IMG/VR virus record: IMGVR_UViG_3300033120_000611
Reading direction: 5' to 3' (one strand)
Origin: a virus
Taxonomy: Duplodnaviria; Heunggongvirae; Uroviricota; Caudoviricetes
DNA: 64,000 bases
Below, in pieces: positions 47,549 through 58,281 of the stretch. Made by a program: the position numbers and the translations under genes. Below the pieces are notes generated by a model. It had not been told where the DNA came from. It ran no database searches and worked only from the letters and a program-made list of their open reading frames with translations. The stretch's first letter is position 1; every line of letters begins with the position of its first letter.

Positions 47549-50500
47549 ATGGCCAAGAAAGAACCAAATATTCCTATAGCTGGGATGGTGGATGTACACC
47601 CAATGAATATAAAGGATAATCAATATCCTCTTATGTTGAATGGTAATATACAGACAGATATCAGCTCAGGAATTACTCTTACTAACGAACACTCTAATCT
47701 GCTCTGCAATAACTTGCCGGCGGGATACTCTCTTATTGGATCTCTATTTGTTCCAGGAGATAATATTACATACGTATGGCTTGTAAATAGAGATAATAAT
47801 AAATCTCAGATTGGGTACCTATCGGAATATATTCTAGATGAGGACCAAGACGAGTATATCGATAATACATGTAATGAGTGTGTAAAGAAAAAGCAAGAGG
47901 CTATCCCACTGGAAAAGAGGGATCAGTCTGAGCTATGTCAATACACATGTATCTCTGCAGCAGATTGCCTTGCTTTTAATATAGACTTCCCTGTAAGGAA
48001 AGCTGTTATAAAGAAGGATAATTGTGGTGATACTCTATATTTTACTGACTTCCTTAATCCAGTTAGGGCTCTTAAGCTTACACTAGACCATAAGATTGAC
48101 GATACTCAACGTACTGTTATAACTCCAGCTACATGTGATGATCCGGCTGTATATGCATCATACTGCAGTTATAATGACCTTGACTGTATTCAGATACTCC
48201 TATTCCCACAAGCTAATCACATAGGAGTCACACCAGAGTTAATATCATCTGGTGGAACTCTACGTGCCGGGACATACCAGCTAGCTGTAGCTTATGCTAC
48301 TAAGGATGGCCATAGAGCTACAAGGACATTCTCTGTATCTAATCCAGTTAGTATATTTGATCCTCATCAAACGGTTACAAGCCAGCTAGATTATACAACA
48401 GACCTATCTATCAAATTTCTAATAGAGAATCTTGATAATAAAGAGTATAGATTTATTGATGTATTTGTAATAGCTACTATCAATAGAGTTGGATCGGTTA
48501 AGCAATATGGTCCCATAGATATAAGCGCTGTTAAAGATGGAACTCTTGAGTATAGAGTTTCAGACTTTGAAAAGGGAATGGATGTATCCATAGATGATGT
48601 TTTCCAGAACTTCCCTATATATGAGAAAGCTCAGGAGATTACATCTGCAGGTGACACACTACTATTAGGTAATCTCACTGGCCCCCGAGATCTCAATCTA
48701 CAAAGAGCTGTTAATAATCTATCTCCTACTGTGAGATGGTCTACCGCAGAAGCTCCAGAGGATATATATGCTGATGGTATAGCTGATGCTAATTCTCGTG
48801 GTTATCTTAGAGATGAGGTATATCCATTAGGAATAGTTTTCGAAAGAAACAACACTCAATATACATGCGCCTTTCCTCTAATAGGAAGGGATATAGATGT
48901 TGTATTCTGGCCTGAAACTCAAGGACCTGATGTACTTCCAGATGGAACTAATATTTTATTCAGGGGTATATGGAACCAATATCTAGCTGCAAATGGTGGT
49001 TATGATACTGGATCTATAGTTACTTACAATGGAGACTACTACGTAAGTACAGCTGATAATAATGGTAATATTCCTGGTGGCCCAGATTGGAGTAGCATCA
49101 CTGCTGGTGATCCTATCTACTTCTATAGTACCGGATCATTTAGTGATATATCTACAGTTAATGGGGCTGATGCATTTCAGTATCCTGGATGTGCTAGTGA
49201 CCCTGATTATAACTTAAGATGGAAGGTATATAACACAGCTAATAATTTAGGGCAGCTTCCTTGCACAACAGCTATCAATAGTGGATTAAGTTGCGTCTTA
49301 AAGACTGTCCATATAGGTTGCTCATCATATACATTTAAGTCATCTACATTACTATTAGAATCTCAAACTGGGGATTTTGTAGTTGGAGATGTATTAACTG
49401 GATCTGGTGGTGTAGGAACTATCCTATCCATTTCACAGCAACATGGTCTAATACCATATGTCACACTTGATACGACTACTATTACTGGTGGCTCTTCTGC
49501 ATTCGCTAATGGAGATAATATAACTGGTAGCATTAGTGGAGCTACAGCTACAGTGTCTATATTTAACTTAGGAGACACTCCACCTAATGACTGCTACATT
49601 TCATCAACTGATACTGGAGATTGCGCTACTAACTATCCAACTCCATATGATGATCCATCACTAGCTCCAAGTGATCCACTTTGCTCAGACCCAAATCCAG
49701 ATCCACAACCAAAGAAGGATCCAGATTGTAATACCCCTAATGTAAGACCTCAATCATTAGCTGCATCTTCTGGTATTTTGTGTGTTGATGGCCAGTTACT
49801 TGAGTACCCAAATAACTTAAGTGAGCCATATGCGTATAGGACTTCTTTTAAACAGAAGGAAGTTATACCTCTTCAAACTAATGATTACTATGTATATAAT
49901 CTTAGTAGATTAATTACTGCAGTTCCAACTCCACCATCACCAACCCCAACTCTATCCGGAGGACCGTTTGAAGGTAGTATCCCAAGACTAGCTACAAATA
50001 ATGGTACTTGGATCTGGCCTGGTGGAAACTTTAGTCCTACACCAATTAATAACTTATCAACTCAATCCCTACAGGTTCCACCTATAACAGAGAATCAGGG
50101 TTGCTCAGAATATAATAGTACTACTCTTGCAACAATAAATGTTGTTGGTGATGGACCTAGATACTTTCTAGGTGATTCAATAGATCCTCCAGTTGGTAGT
50201 ACTGGATGTTCATTCTGTAGTACTGGATGTTCTGGTGACTTTAGTGATTGCGATCCTATTGCACCAGCATCAGATTACTGGGGTATAGGTGCTCAGACAT
50301 TTATAGGAACAACTGACAGAAATACGACTGGATATCAAAGTAGATGGTATAAGATAAATGCCACTACTCCTTCAATGATAATCAAGATGAAGCTTGGATT
50401 TTCTGATTCTACAACGTTTGCAGATGGAGATCTAAGAATAGATGTATATGCTGGAAATCCATTTGGTATTCCAGTTTATTCAACAGGTACAGATTCAGTC

Positions 50501-53500
50501 TCTCCTGCTGACTATTGCTATACTGCCGGCGGTACGGTTGATACTGGAGTTCTTGTAATAGGAGATGTAGCTGGATCTGTTACTACAACTACACATAATG
50601 GAGCAACACTTCCACAAGAACCACTAATACAAGGTCTTGATTATTATATTCATATATATCTGCTTCCAGCAGGTACAGCTAAACTAAATGGTCCAGCTTA
50701 CTATAACTGTTACCATGATGGTGCAAGTACAACTAGCCCGGCTAGTAAAGCTACCACATGTTACCTAGTTCGTTATGCATGGGCTAACTTCTGTATTGAA
50801 TATCCTACAGCCAGTACAACTAAGACTGTTACTACACCTGCGATTAGTTCAATGAGTTGTGAGTACGATATCATTTATAGAATAAAAGAGGTCCCTAATG
50901 TTGCTTGTAATCTAAGTCCATTTGAATATGGTAACTTTGCTTTCTGGCAATCAGAGACTAAAACATATCCACAAAACCCAGAAGTATGGGGAGAAATGTG
51001 TGGAAAACAGATTAGGCACTTTAAGTTCCCAGACTGTCTGGTATCTTATCTTCAAGATGAAGATCAGATAAATCTTGGAGTAGCCGGTGGAGATTCTGGA
51101 TACACTGCTAACAATGCTCGTAAGGCTAGAGTATATCCTATGGGGTGGAAGATTGATCCAGAGGATGTTAAGGCCTGGCTAGTATGGGCTGTAAGTGAAG
51201 GTCTTATTACTGAGTCTGAGAGACTATCTATTACAGGTTATAAACTCGTTAGAGGTAATAGAGTTGGTAATAAATCGATACAAGCTAAGGGACTACTATA
51301 TGATATGTTCCGGTACAAGCAAAGAGATTGGGTGAATGGAACATTTTCTAATATACCATACTACTTTGCTAACTATCCATTTAATGACCTAAGGCCAGAT
51401 CCATATCTTTCAGAGAGTGGACTTGGTGCTATCCAAGCTCCTGAGAATGGAGCTGGTAATAGTAAGTATGCATTCCTATCACCTGATACGACTTTTAATT
51501 CTCCTACCTTAGGAACTGAATTAAAGCTTGAAGCAGCTAACTTTGGTGATAGTCTCGGACAGTTCTATGAAGTACTTAACCATCCTAAGTGGGTTCTACT
51601 TGGTAATGGAGGTATTATACTAGTAGGTGTATTAGCTGGTATACAACTAAGCGCTGACCTACTTGTTCTTCTTGGACAGCTATATGGTACTCAGATCGTT
51701 GGTTTAGCAGATAGTATACCTACAGGATTTATTATAGGGCTTGTTGGTGGTATATTGAATCTAGTTCCGAATCTATTCAAGTACATGCATGACTGGAATA
51801 CTCTAATAACAAACTTTGGAGTTCCATTTAACTTTGCTAGATACTATGCTGCAGTAGGTAACTACCATAGCTCAGGTATAACTGGACAGATACTAAATGA
51901 TGCTTCCAATAAGAGAAGACCCATAGGAACCTATAGCTATCTACTATCAGGTAATATAAGCCTATCTAGTAGTGGTGTCCTGGAAAGGATTAATAACTAT
52001 GAGAGAGAGGACTCAGTATATATAGATCTTGGGGATCTAAGCCAGGGATTTGTATATGCAAGTACAGCCATAGATAGAGCTGTAAAGGGAGATTTTAGTA
52101 AGTTTACTCTTACAGCTAGTACAAGTAACAATGGCCCGGGATGTAGCATGACTGATAGGGGAGGAACAGTGGCATCATTATATGCTTCTATCAAGAGTAG
52201 TGTTCCAGACCAGTATGGGTCTATACAAGATATACAGTGGCTATTCACCGGTAAGTATGTAGCTATAGATTGGGATAGTCAACAAGCAGAGCAATGTGAT
52301 CCTATCTATGGTGGTGATACATTTATATCAAGAATGACTCAGAAGAGAAAGCTTCCATTCTTCCTTGATAATCCTGTTGGTGTTGATACAAGTGTAGATT
52401 TCCAATATCAACATTTAAGTAATATCACTGATGCTAACTTCTTTGTTAACTCTGTTGGTGAGTCTAGCCTTAACTCTAGCGCAATCCAGTTTAAAACTGT
52501 AGAGCATAATCTACAATATTGCGGAGCTGGATCTGGAGATGGAAAGATCTATATCAAGGGATATATGTATCTATTCTCTTACGGAATAGTTTCGTTCATT
52601 GGCGAATCTGATTTCAATCTGAACTTCAGGTACGCTGAAGATACTAAGTTCAGAGACTTCTACCCACATAATAGTGACGTAGAAAACTGGACTCAGGAAT
52701 ACCGTATACCAATAGAAACTCCCAATGCGTATTTATACAATAGAGATTACTCTAAGCAAAATACAGAGAATGTCTTCTGTACACAGCCGGTGATATACCA
52801 TAATGATGATTGTAACTTCATGTATAAGAATAGAATAATCAATTCTATAACTGATACTGATTCAGACTTCTACATGGATAACTGGAGAATATTTTTAGCA
52901 GAGGATAAGAAGGATTTTGATCTAGTAAATGGTCAGCTTACTGGTCTAGATGGTATAGAGAGGGAGAAGGTATTAGTAAGATTTGGAAATACGTATAATA
53001 TATTCAATGCCTTTTATACTATTGATACTGGACAAGGTACTGCTCAAATAGGCACTGGATCTATGTTCGCTCAGAAGCCTGAGGAGTATGCTAAGACAGA
53101 ACTTGGATATGGTGGAACAGAACACCATGCTTTTGCATCAACTCAGTTTGGACACTTCTGGGTGGATGCTAGAAGAAGTTCTGTATTCATGTTACCTCCC
53201 GGATCTGGAGCTGCAGAGGAAATATCATCTAGTTATAATAACTTCTTTAATAATAACCTACCATTTTATATATTAAAGGATTTCCCTCAGTACAATGTGG
53301 ATAATAACTATAAGGATATAGGTATAACTTTAGTATGGGATAATAGGTTTGACAGACTAATACTCACAAAGCTAGATTATGCATTAAGGTCATTTTATAG
53401 AAATAAGATAACTTATGACGGGTCTAATTTCCTACTTGATGGAACTATAGTGCAACTGACTGATGAAGAGTACTTTTGTAATAAGTCATGGACAATAGGA

Positions 53501-54202
53501 TACTCTCCTTTAACCAAGTCATGGATAGGGTTCTACTCATTTGTTCCAAACTATTATATCAGCTATGAGAATTACTTTCAATCTGGAGTTAACTCTGTAA
53601 GGCCGGGAGCAGATAGGATTGGTATATGGAATCACCTTATTACTAACAAATCATACCAGGTTTATTACGGCACCCTATATCCTTTCATAACTGATGTAGT
53701 AGTGAAGGACCAGCTAGTTAACAAGCAATTACAATCCATAGAATACCAAGCAGACTTTTTAAGGTTTCAAGATGACTTTGATTATTTTTACAATCCTGGA
53801 GTTACTTTCAACAAGATGGTCATCTGGTCTGAGAACCAAAATTCTGGCGTACTTAACCTTGTACCTCAGGTACCGAACGACCTTAGTCAAGCTGTACGCT
53901 ACCCAATGTACAATTCTGGTTCCACTACTATTATGGTAACTAGGAAAGAGAATAGTTGGAGAGCCAATCAGTTCTCGGATATAGTAGCTGATAAGTATAG
54001 TAATGTGCCACCAATGATCTTAGGTTGTCATCCATACCTCAAAGAGGTAAATATGAATGCTGTCAATTATAATAAGCCTACGTTCCAAAGAAGTAGATTT
54101 ACTTCAGACTACTTTACTCTAAGATTGATAAATGATCAGTACAGTAACTATAAAATAATCGATAAGTGGTTCTTATCAAATAACATCATATCAACAACAT
54201 AA
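47549..54202 (+). CDS. giant virion protein (2217 aa): G/T/S/N/Y- and Cys-rich, with an internal ~60-aa hydrophobic TM-like segment; tail, muzzle or ejection (cargo) protein candidate
   Basis: Single uninterrupted ORF. Extracellular-type composition and a Pro/Asp-rich linker (CSDPNPDPQPKKDPDCNTPN). A hydrophobic block WVLLGNGGIILVGVLAGIQLSADLLVLLGQLYGTQIVGLADSIPTGFIIGLVGGILNLVPNLF maps to about 51586-51780. No RNAP-type DxDGD motif found. Confidence 0.6.
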   Translation: MAKKEPNIPIAGMVDVHPMNIKDNQYPLMLNGNIQTDISSGITLTNEHSNLLCNNLPAGYSLIGSLFVPGDNITYVWLVNRDNNKSQIGYLSEYILDEDQDEYIDNTCNECVKKKQEAIPLEKRDQSELCQYTCISAADCLAFNIDFPVRKAVIKKDNCGDTLYFTDFLNPVRALKLTLDHKIDDTQRTVITPATCDDPAVYASYCSYNDLDCIQILLFPQANHIGVTPELISSGGTLRAGTYQLAVAYATKDGHRATRTFSVSNPVSIFDPHQTVTSQLDYTTDLSIKFLIENLDNKEYRFIDVFVIATINRVGSVKQYGPIDISAVKDGTLEYRVSDFEKGMDVSIDDVFQNFPIYEKAQEITSAGDTLLLGNLTGPRDLNLQRAVNNLSPTVRWSTAEAPEDIYADGIADANSRGYLRDEVYPLGIVFERNNTQYTCAFPLIGRDIDVVFWPETQGPDVLPDGTNILFRGIWNQYLAANGGYDTGSIVTYNGDYYVSTADNNGNIPGGPDWSSITAGDPIYFYSTGSFSDISTVNGADAFQYPGCASDPDYNLRWKVYNTANNLGQLPCTTAINSGLSCVLKTVHIGCSSYTFKSSTLLLESQTGDFVVGDVLTGSGGVGTILSISQQHGLIPYVTLDTTTITGGSSAFANGDNITGSISGATATVSIFNLGDTPPNDCYISSTDTGDCATNYPTPYDDPSLAPSDPLCSDPNPDPQPKKDPDCNTPNVRPQSLAASSGILCVDGQLLEYPNNLSEPYAYRTSFKQKEVIPLQTNDYYVYNLSRLITAVPTPPSPTPTLSGGPFEGSIPRLATNNGTWIWPGGNFSPTPINNLSTQSLQVPPITENQGCSEYNSTTLATINVVGDGPRYFLGDSIDPPVGSTGCSFCSTGCSGDFSDCDPIAPASDYWGIGAQTFIGTTDRNTTGYQSRWYKINATTPSMIIKMKLGFSDSTTFADGDLRIDVYAGNPFGIPVYSTGTDSVSPADYCYTAGGTVDTGVLVIGDVAGSVTTTTHNGATLPQEPLIQGLDYYIHIYLLPAGTAKLNGPAYYNCYHDGASTTSPASKATTCYLVRYAWANFCIEYPTASTTKTVTTPAISSMSCEYDIIYRIKEVPNVACNLSPFEYGNFAFWQSETKTYPQNPEVWGEMCGKQIRHFKFPDCLVSYLQDEDQINLGVAGGDSGYTANNARKARVYPMGWKIDPEDVKAWLVWAVSEGLITESERLSITGYKLVRGNRVGNKSIQAKGLLYDMFRYKQRDWVNGTFSNIPYYFANYPFNDLRPDPYLSESGLGAIQAPENGAGNSKYAFLSPDTTFNSPTLGTELKLEAANFGDSLGQFYEVLNHPKWVLLGNGGIILVGVLAGIQLSADLLVLLGQLYGTQIVGLADSIPTGFIIGLVGGILNLVPNLFKYMHDWNTLITNFGVPFNFARYYAAVGNYHSSGITGQILNDASNKRRPIGTYSYLLSGNISLSSSGVLERINNYEREDSVYIDLGDLSQGFVYASTAIDRAVKGDFSKFTLTASTSNNGPGCSMTDRGGTVASLYASIKSSVPDQYGSIQDIQWLFTGKYVAIDWDSQQAEQCDPIYGGDTFISRMTQKRKLPFFLDNPVGVDTSVDFQYQHLSNITDANFFVNSVGESSLNSSAIQFKTVEHNLQYCGAGSGDGKIYIKGYMYLFSYGIVSFIGESDFNLNFRYAEDTKFRDFYPHNSDVENWTQEYRIPIETPNAYLYNRDYSKQNTENVFCTQPVIYHNDDCNFMYKNRIINSITDTDSDFYMDNWRIFLAEDKKDFDLVNGQLTGLDGIEREKVLVRFGNTYNIFNAFYTIDTGQGTAQIGTGSMFAQKPEEYAKTELGYGGTEHHAFASTQFGHFWVDARRSSVFMLPPGSGAAEEISSSYNNFFNNNLPFYILKDFPQYNVDNNYKDIGITLVWDNRFDRLILTKLDYALRSFYRNKITYDGSNFLLDGTIVQLTDEEYFCNKSWTIGYSPLTKSWIGFYSFVPNYYISYENYFQSGVNSVRPGADRIGIWNHLITNKSYQVYYGTLYPFITDVVVKDQLVNKQLQSIEYQADFLRFQDDFDYFYNPGVTFNKMVIWSENQNSGVLNLVPQVPNDLSQAVRYPMYNSGSTTIMVTRKENSWRANQFSDIVADKYSNVPPMILGCHPYLKEVNMNAVNYNKPTFQRSRFTSDYFTLRLINDQYSNYKIIDKWFLSNNIISTT

Positions 54203-54624
54203 TGGAAAGCAAACCTAAACTGGTATTAAAGCTACCAGAAGTAAAAGAAGGAACTCCATCTGCATTTATTAACTGCATATTGACTAGTGCAGTCATAGTG
54301 CATCAAATGCATCTAAGCGTGGAAGGACCATCTGCTTATGAAAAGCACAAAGCTTTAAATGATCTATATGAAGCATTACCGGATCATGCAGATTCTATTG
54401 CTGAAGCATACCAGGGACATAAGGGAATTATAATAAAACCCTATCCAAGTATGGATCAAACAAAGTACATGAATATGGATCCACTACAGTTTGTTGAATG
54501 GTTACTTAATTATGTTGAGAACACAAGAGGGTCTATGGGAACTGTATCGATGATACAAAATTTAATAGATGAACTTGTACAATCAATAGCATCAACCAGA
54601 TACAAACTGAAATTTTTGAAATAA
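54202..54624 (+). CDS. small helical protein with weak Dps/ferritin-like four-helix-bundle resemblance
   Basis: 140 aa. VHQMHLSVEGPSAYEKHKALNDLYEAL...DSIAEA loosely follows the Dps pattern (FHW-V-G--F---H-LFEE-Y-EL---D-IAE). Start overlaps the giant gene's stop. Confidence 0.35.
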   Translation: MESKPKLVLKLPEVKEGTPSAFINCILTSAVIVHQMHLSVEGPSAYEKHKALNDLYEALPDHADSIAEAYQGHKGIIIKPYPSMDQTKYMNMDPLQFVEWLLNYVENTRGSMGTVSMIQNLIDELVQSIASTRYKLKFLK

Positions 54625-54745
54625 CATCCTAATGCAAATAAGTTCAACAATGTTCATAATATTGATTATATTAGGTTCAGCTATTGTTGGATACGTATTT
54701 TACAAATATGATGATAGTGAAATTGACGACCTTTAATATAATACA

Positions 54746-57700
54746 ATGAAAGATAAATTACCGACAGCAAAGTCTGGAATACATATCAATCCCAAGAACA
54801 AGGGAAAGTTTAACGCTACTAAGAAAGCTACAGGAAAGACTACTGAGGAATTAACTCATAGTAAGAATCCTGTAACTAGGAAACGTGCTATCTTTGCACA
54901 GAATGCAAAGAAGTGGCATCATAAAAAGAATGGTGGTAGGATTCCCTATGCTGCACTTGGAGATCAAATCTCTGTCAATGGTGGTGGATATAACTGGAAT
55001 ACTAATGATCCAAACGCTCCACAAGCTCCGGACCCAGGATATCCATATAACATACCAGTTGCTAATCAGAGTTTAAATACTTCTGCTGCATTACCTCCAT
55101 CTACTGATAATACTCCAGCTCCAGGTAATGGACCTGTTCCTTTATCTACTAGGAGAAATCCTAGGAACTACTGGCCTCTTGGATATAATCCAGGAATGGC
55201 TGCATATAGTTTTGATAAAGCTGCTGATGCTAGGGTAGCCGGTCAACGTACAACTGATCCTACTTTACAAAATCAATACCATCATGAGATGGTGGGTAAT
55301 AATGTTGCCGGCGCTGGATATACTATGGCTTCTGTATTTAATGGAGTAGAGAATATACTTGGTCCAATATCTGCAGAGATAGCTACTAGAAGAGCTAATA
55401 TGAATGAGAGAGCCGCCTTTAATCGTAATAATAGAGAGAGAGCTGAAGTTAATCCATATAGAGGAGATGATTCTCAATTAGGTAATGGTACAAGAGCTGC
55501 ATATGAATATGGTGGAATGGTTCCATCATTTGAATATGGTGGAGTTCCTACAGAAGGGAGTGACTTTGATTCAGAGAATCCTAATGTCATAACAGAACGT
55601 GGAGAAACTATTACAGATCCTACAAGAGGTCCTATGGGTCCAAATGGGCCTACTGGTGTAGTTGTTCATGACCAGACTGGAGATTTACACTCAGCCCCAT
55701 CTGGTGGTAACTCTTATAGACTTGGACCAGACTCTGTTATTCACTCTAAGAGTCTTGGAGTTACTGTAGCTGACTTTGTAAAGTATGCTGCAGGTTTTCC
55801 TAATGCTGATTTTATAGTTGGTAAGATAGCTGCCAAGTTCCCTAACCCAGATCGTAAGGTATCCTTTGCTCAACTAGCTTCTGTATTTGATACAAGTGAT
55901 CTTGTAAAAGAAGTTGGTAAGATAGCAAAGAAGGCCAATAAGATTGACGAGAAAAGTCTTGGTACAGATGATACTCATATCACTCAGGTGACTGATAAGC
56001 TCAATAAGAAGACTCTTGCCCACCAGGATGAAGAGACTAAACAGGAGATAGAAGCTAATGCGCAAGTAGCTGGTCCGGATGGACCTATACATAGGATGGC
56101 TGAACATCTCAAGAAGACTGGAGCATATGGAGAAGAAGTAAAGAATGATGATGGCTCTGCGAAATATGGGAAGAAGATAATGAAGGGGAAGAAACTTCTT
56201 CTACCAACTGCAGGCAATGGTGCTAAGATCAAATCTGCTATACATGAGAATGCATATAGGATTGATCCTAACGAGTCTGGAGATTATGGAGAAGATAAAG
56301 TAGCTCAAAGACTTTTAAATCAGGGATTTACACCTGAAGAAGCTAGTCATATCATAGATAGATCAAAAGATCCTTTAGCTACTAATATGCCGGCATCAGT
56401 AGCCCCGGTGGATGGAGGTATTGGTTACATGCCTGGTCTTGATGAATTAAATCTATACAGTGGTAATAAGGACTTACTTCATATTGATAAGTATAGACCT
56501 GATGCTAATCTAAATGCACGTCAACCATTTGACGAATCTCAGGCAGATCAATCTAATTACAAAATGGGTGGAAAGATAAAGAAATACGCAAGAGGTGGAA
56601 AGAGGATATCTGTTCCAACTAATGATACTAATCTGGATAATGAACTTCCTCCAGATACAATACCATTAGATCCTAACTTCGGTGGAGATCCAAATGATAC
56701 ACAAGACTATAGTATCATAGATAAGAGTGGTGCTCCTGCAACTACTCCATCTCCACAAGGATTTGGTATGCCCATCTATAATAATGGGGTATACGCTAAT
56801 ACCGGATATAATGATATGACATCTGATGAGTATGACATGCTGTACCCTAATATGCAAAATGCAGATAGGGAGGCTGGTAGACAACTTGTAAGAAGTGGAC
56901 AGATCATTCCTTCTGGAGACTTCACAAAGGTTCCAACTATATACCACCAACCACTTAACCCGGCTGGTACATATGGTGCAGCTATGCCATGGGAGAAACT
57001 TGCTAGTGATCCTAATAGTGGTCGTGGATACTATAAAACATATGCTCAAGACTATAAGGCAAATCAGATCTTCAAGAAGAATTTTGCTGAGCTGACTCCG
57101 CAAGAGCAAGCACAAGTTACTGGATGGAGCCCAGTTCAAAAGAATAAAGCCGGCCAGTATGAAGTTGATCCAGGTTATGTAAAGTATCACCAGAGTAGGT
57201 ATAACCAAGCCTTACAAGAAGAACATCCCGGATATCACTACTATGATCCAAATGGAGATCCTAATAAGAATCCTTGGAGTATAGATGCTAAGTCTGGAGA
57301 GATTACTACAAATGAGCCATGGCTTGTTCGTAAATCTTATGGTAGTGTAGGGGCACCTGCAATGGAATACTCTAAGAGTGAACCAGTTGTATATGTGAAT
57401 GAGGCTGGTAAAAAGGTCGTAGCGCCTACTCAACCAGTTCAACCTGCAGATCGTCCAGCTTCACCGGGGATGGCTATTAGAAGAAGGATTTACCAAGAAG
57501 GTCTTGATCCAAGACAGATTATCTCGCCCCTGGCTGCTTTGTTTGAGCCTAGGGAAGCAGTGCCTTATATAGAAGATCAAGGTGCTAAGGATGCTCTTGC
57601 TATGACTACAAGACAAAGATTTACTGATATACAGCCAGGCCTCAATAGAATAACTAGGGGAGCTCAGGCTGCTACTAGATATAATCCTCAGAATAATCAA

Positions 57701-58216
57701 GCTTACAATGCTCAGGTAGCTGCTAATGCTTGGACAGCTGAGAATGAACTACAGGGTCAGAAGTTCAATAATGATAATCAGATTGAACAAACCTATAATG
57801 ATCGTCAGGCTCAACTTAGACAAGCGGCCGGCACTAATAAGGCTAGAGCTCTTGATACTCTTGCTCAAAGAACTGCTACTGCAAAGTGGAAGAAGACTGC
57901 TATGGATATCAATGCTTTAGGTGAAATTGGAAACAAGAGTCTCCAGAACAGCTTAGAGAACAAGACTGCAGCTTTATACCAAGATATGTTCCCTAACTAT
58001 GGATATGATCCCTTTACAGGAACTACCTTTACAGGAGGCTCAGCCGGATATCCACAGATTGGTCCTTCTACTAGAACTGAACATAGTAGAGTTGTTAAGA
58101 AGGAGGATGATGGATCTGAGACTACTACCATAACATATAGGGATGGTACTGTCCACAGTATCAAGACTCCAAGAAAGAAGTTCGGGGGTAAACTACCCAA
58201 GAAGAAATCAAAATAA
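54746..58216 (+). CDS. large low-complexity virion protein (1156 aa), internal/ejected cargo-protein candidate
   Basis: Basic N-terminus (KNKGKFNATKKATGK), long N/P/G/Q/Y-rich disordered segments, short repeats (YEYGGMVPSFEYGGVP), and a basic C-terminus (KKFGGKLPKKKSK). Confidence 0.5.
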   Translation: MKDKLPTAKSGIHINPKNKGKFNATKKATGKTTEELTHSKNPVTRKRAIFAQNAKKWHHKKNGGRIPYAALGDQISVNGGGYNWNTNDPNAPQAPDPGYPYNIPVANQSLNTSAALPPSTDNTPAPGNGPVPLSTRRNPRNYWPLGYNPGMAAYSFDKAADARVAGQRTTDPTLQNQYHHEMVGNNVAGAGYTMASVFNGVENILGPISAEIATRRANMNERAAFNRNNRERAEVNPYRGDDSQLGNGTRAAYEYGGMVPSFEYGGVPTEGSDFDSENPNVITERGETITDPTRGPMGPNGPTGVVVHDQTGDLHSAPSGGNSYRLGPDSVIHSKSLGVTVADFVKYAAGFPNADFIVGKIAAKFPNPDRKVSFAQLASVFDTSDLVKEVGKIAKKANKIDEKSLGTDDTHITQVTDKLNKKTLAHQDEETKQEIEANAQVAGPDGPIHRMAEHLKKTGAYGEEVKNDDGSAKYGKKIMKGKKLLLPTAGNGAKIKSAIHENAYRIDPNESGDYGEDKVAQRLLNQGFTPEEASHIIDRSKDPLATNMPASVAPVDGGIGYMPGLDELNLYSGNKDLLHIDKYRPDANLNARQPFDESQADQSNYKMGGKIKKYARGGKRISVPTNDTNLDNELPPDTIPLDPNFGGDPNDTQDYSIIDKSGAPATTPSPQGFGMPIYNNGVYANTGYNDMTSDEYDMLYPNMQNADREAGRQLVRSGQIIPSGDFTKVPTIYHQPLNPAGTYGAAMPWEKLASDPNSGRGYYKTYAQDYKANQIFKKNFAELTPQEQAQVTGWSPVQKNKAGQYEVDPGYVKYHQSRYNQALQEEHPGYHYYDPNGDPNKNPWSIDAKSGEITTNEPWLVRKSYGSVGAPAMEYSKSEPVVYVNEAGKKVVAPTQPVQPADRPASPGMAIRRRIYQEGLDPRQIISPLAALFEPREAVPYIEDQGAKDALAMTTRQRFTDIQPGLNRITRGAQAATRYNPQNNQAYNAQVAANAWTAENELQGQKFNNDNQIEQTYNDRQAQLRQAAGTNKARALDTLAQRTATAKWKKTAMDINALGEIGNKSLQNSLENKTAALYQDMFPNYGYDPFTGTTFTGGSAGYPQIGPSTRTEHSRVVKKEDDGSETTTITYRDGTVHSIKTPRKKFGGKLPKKKSK

Positions 58217-58281
58217 TTAATTTAAGTGAAAGCACTGATTTATTTGGAAATAGTGTTTTTATCCATTAAATTCGCCTCTCC

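Noticed and set aside
47549-54202. Considered calling the 2217-aa protein the crAss-type virion RNA polymerase
   Set aside because: I found no DxDGD/NADFDGD-like catalytic motif by manual scan. The composition is extracellular-like (G/T/S/N/Cys-rich) and there is a TM-like hydrophobic block. It is left as a giant structural or cargo protein.
55265-57700. Multiple minus-strand ORFs (55265-55477, 55691-56232, 56666-57208, 57212-57700) inside the 1156-aa gene
   Set aside because: They are antisense products of a long low-complexity gene and have no upstream signals.
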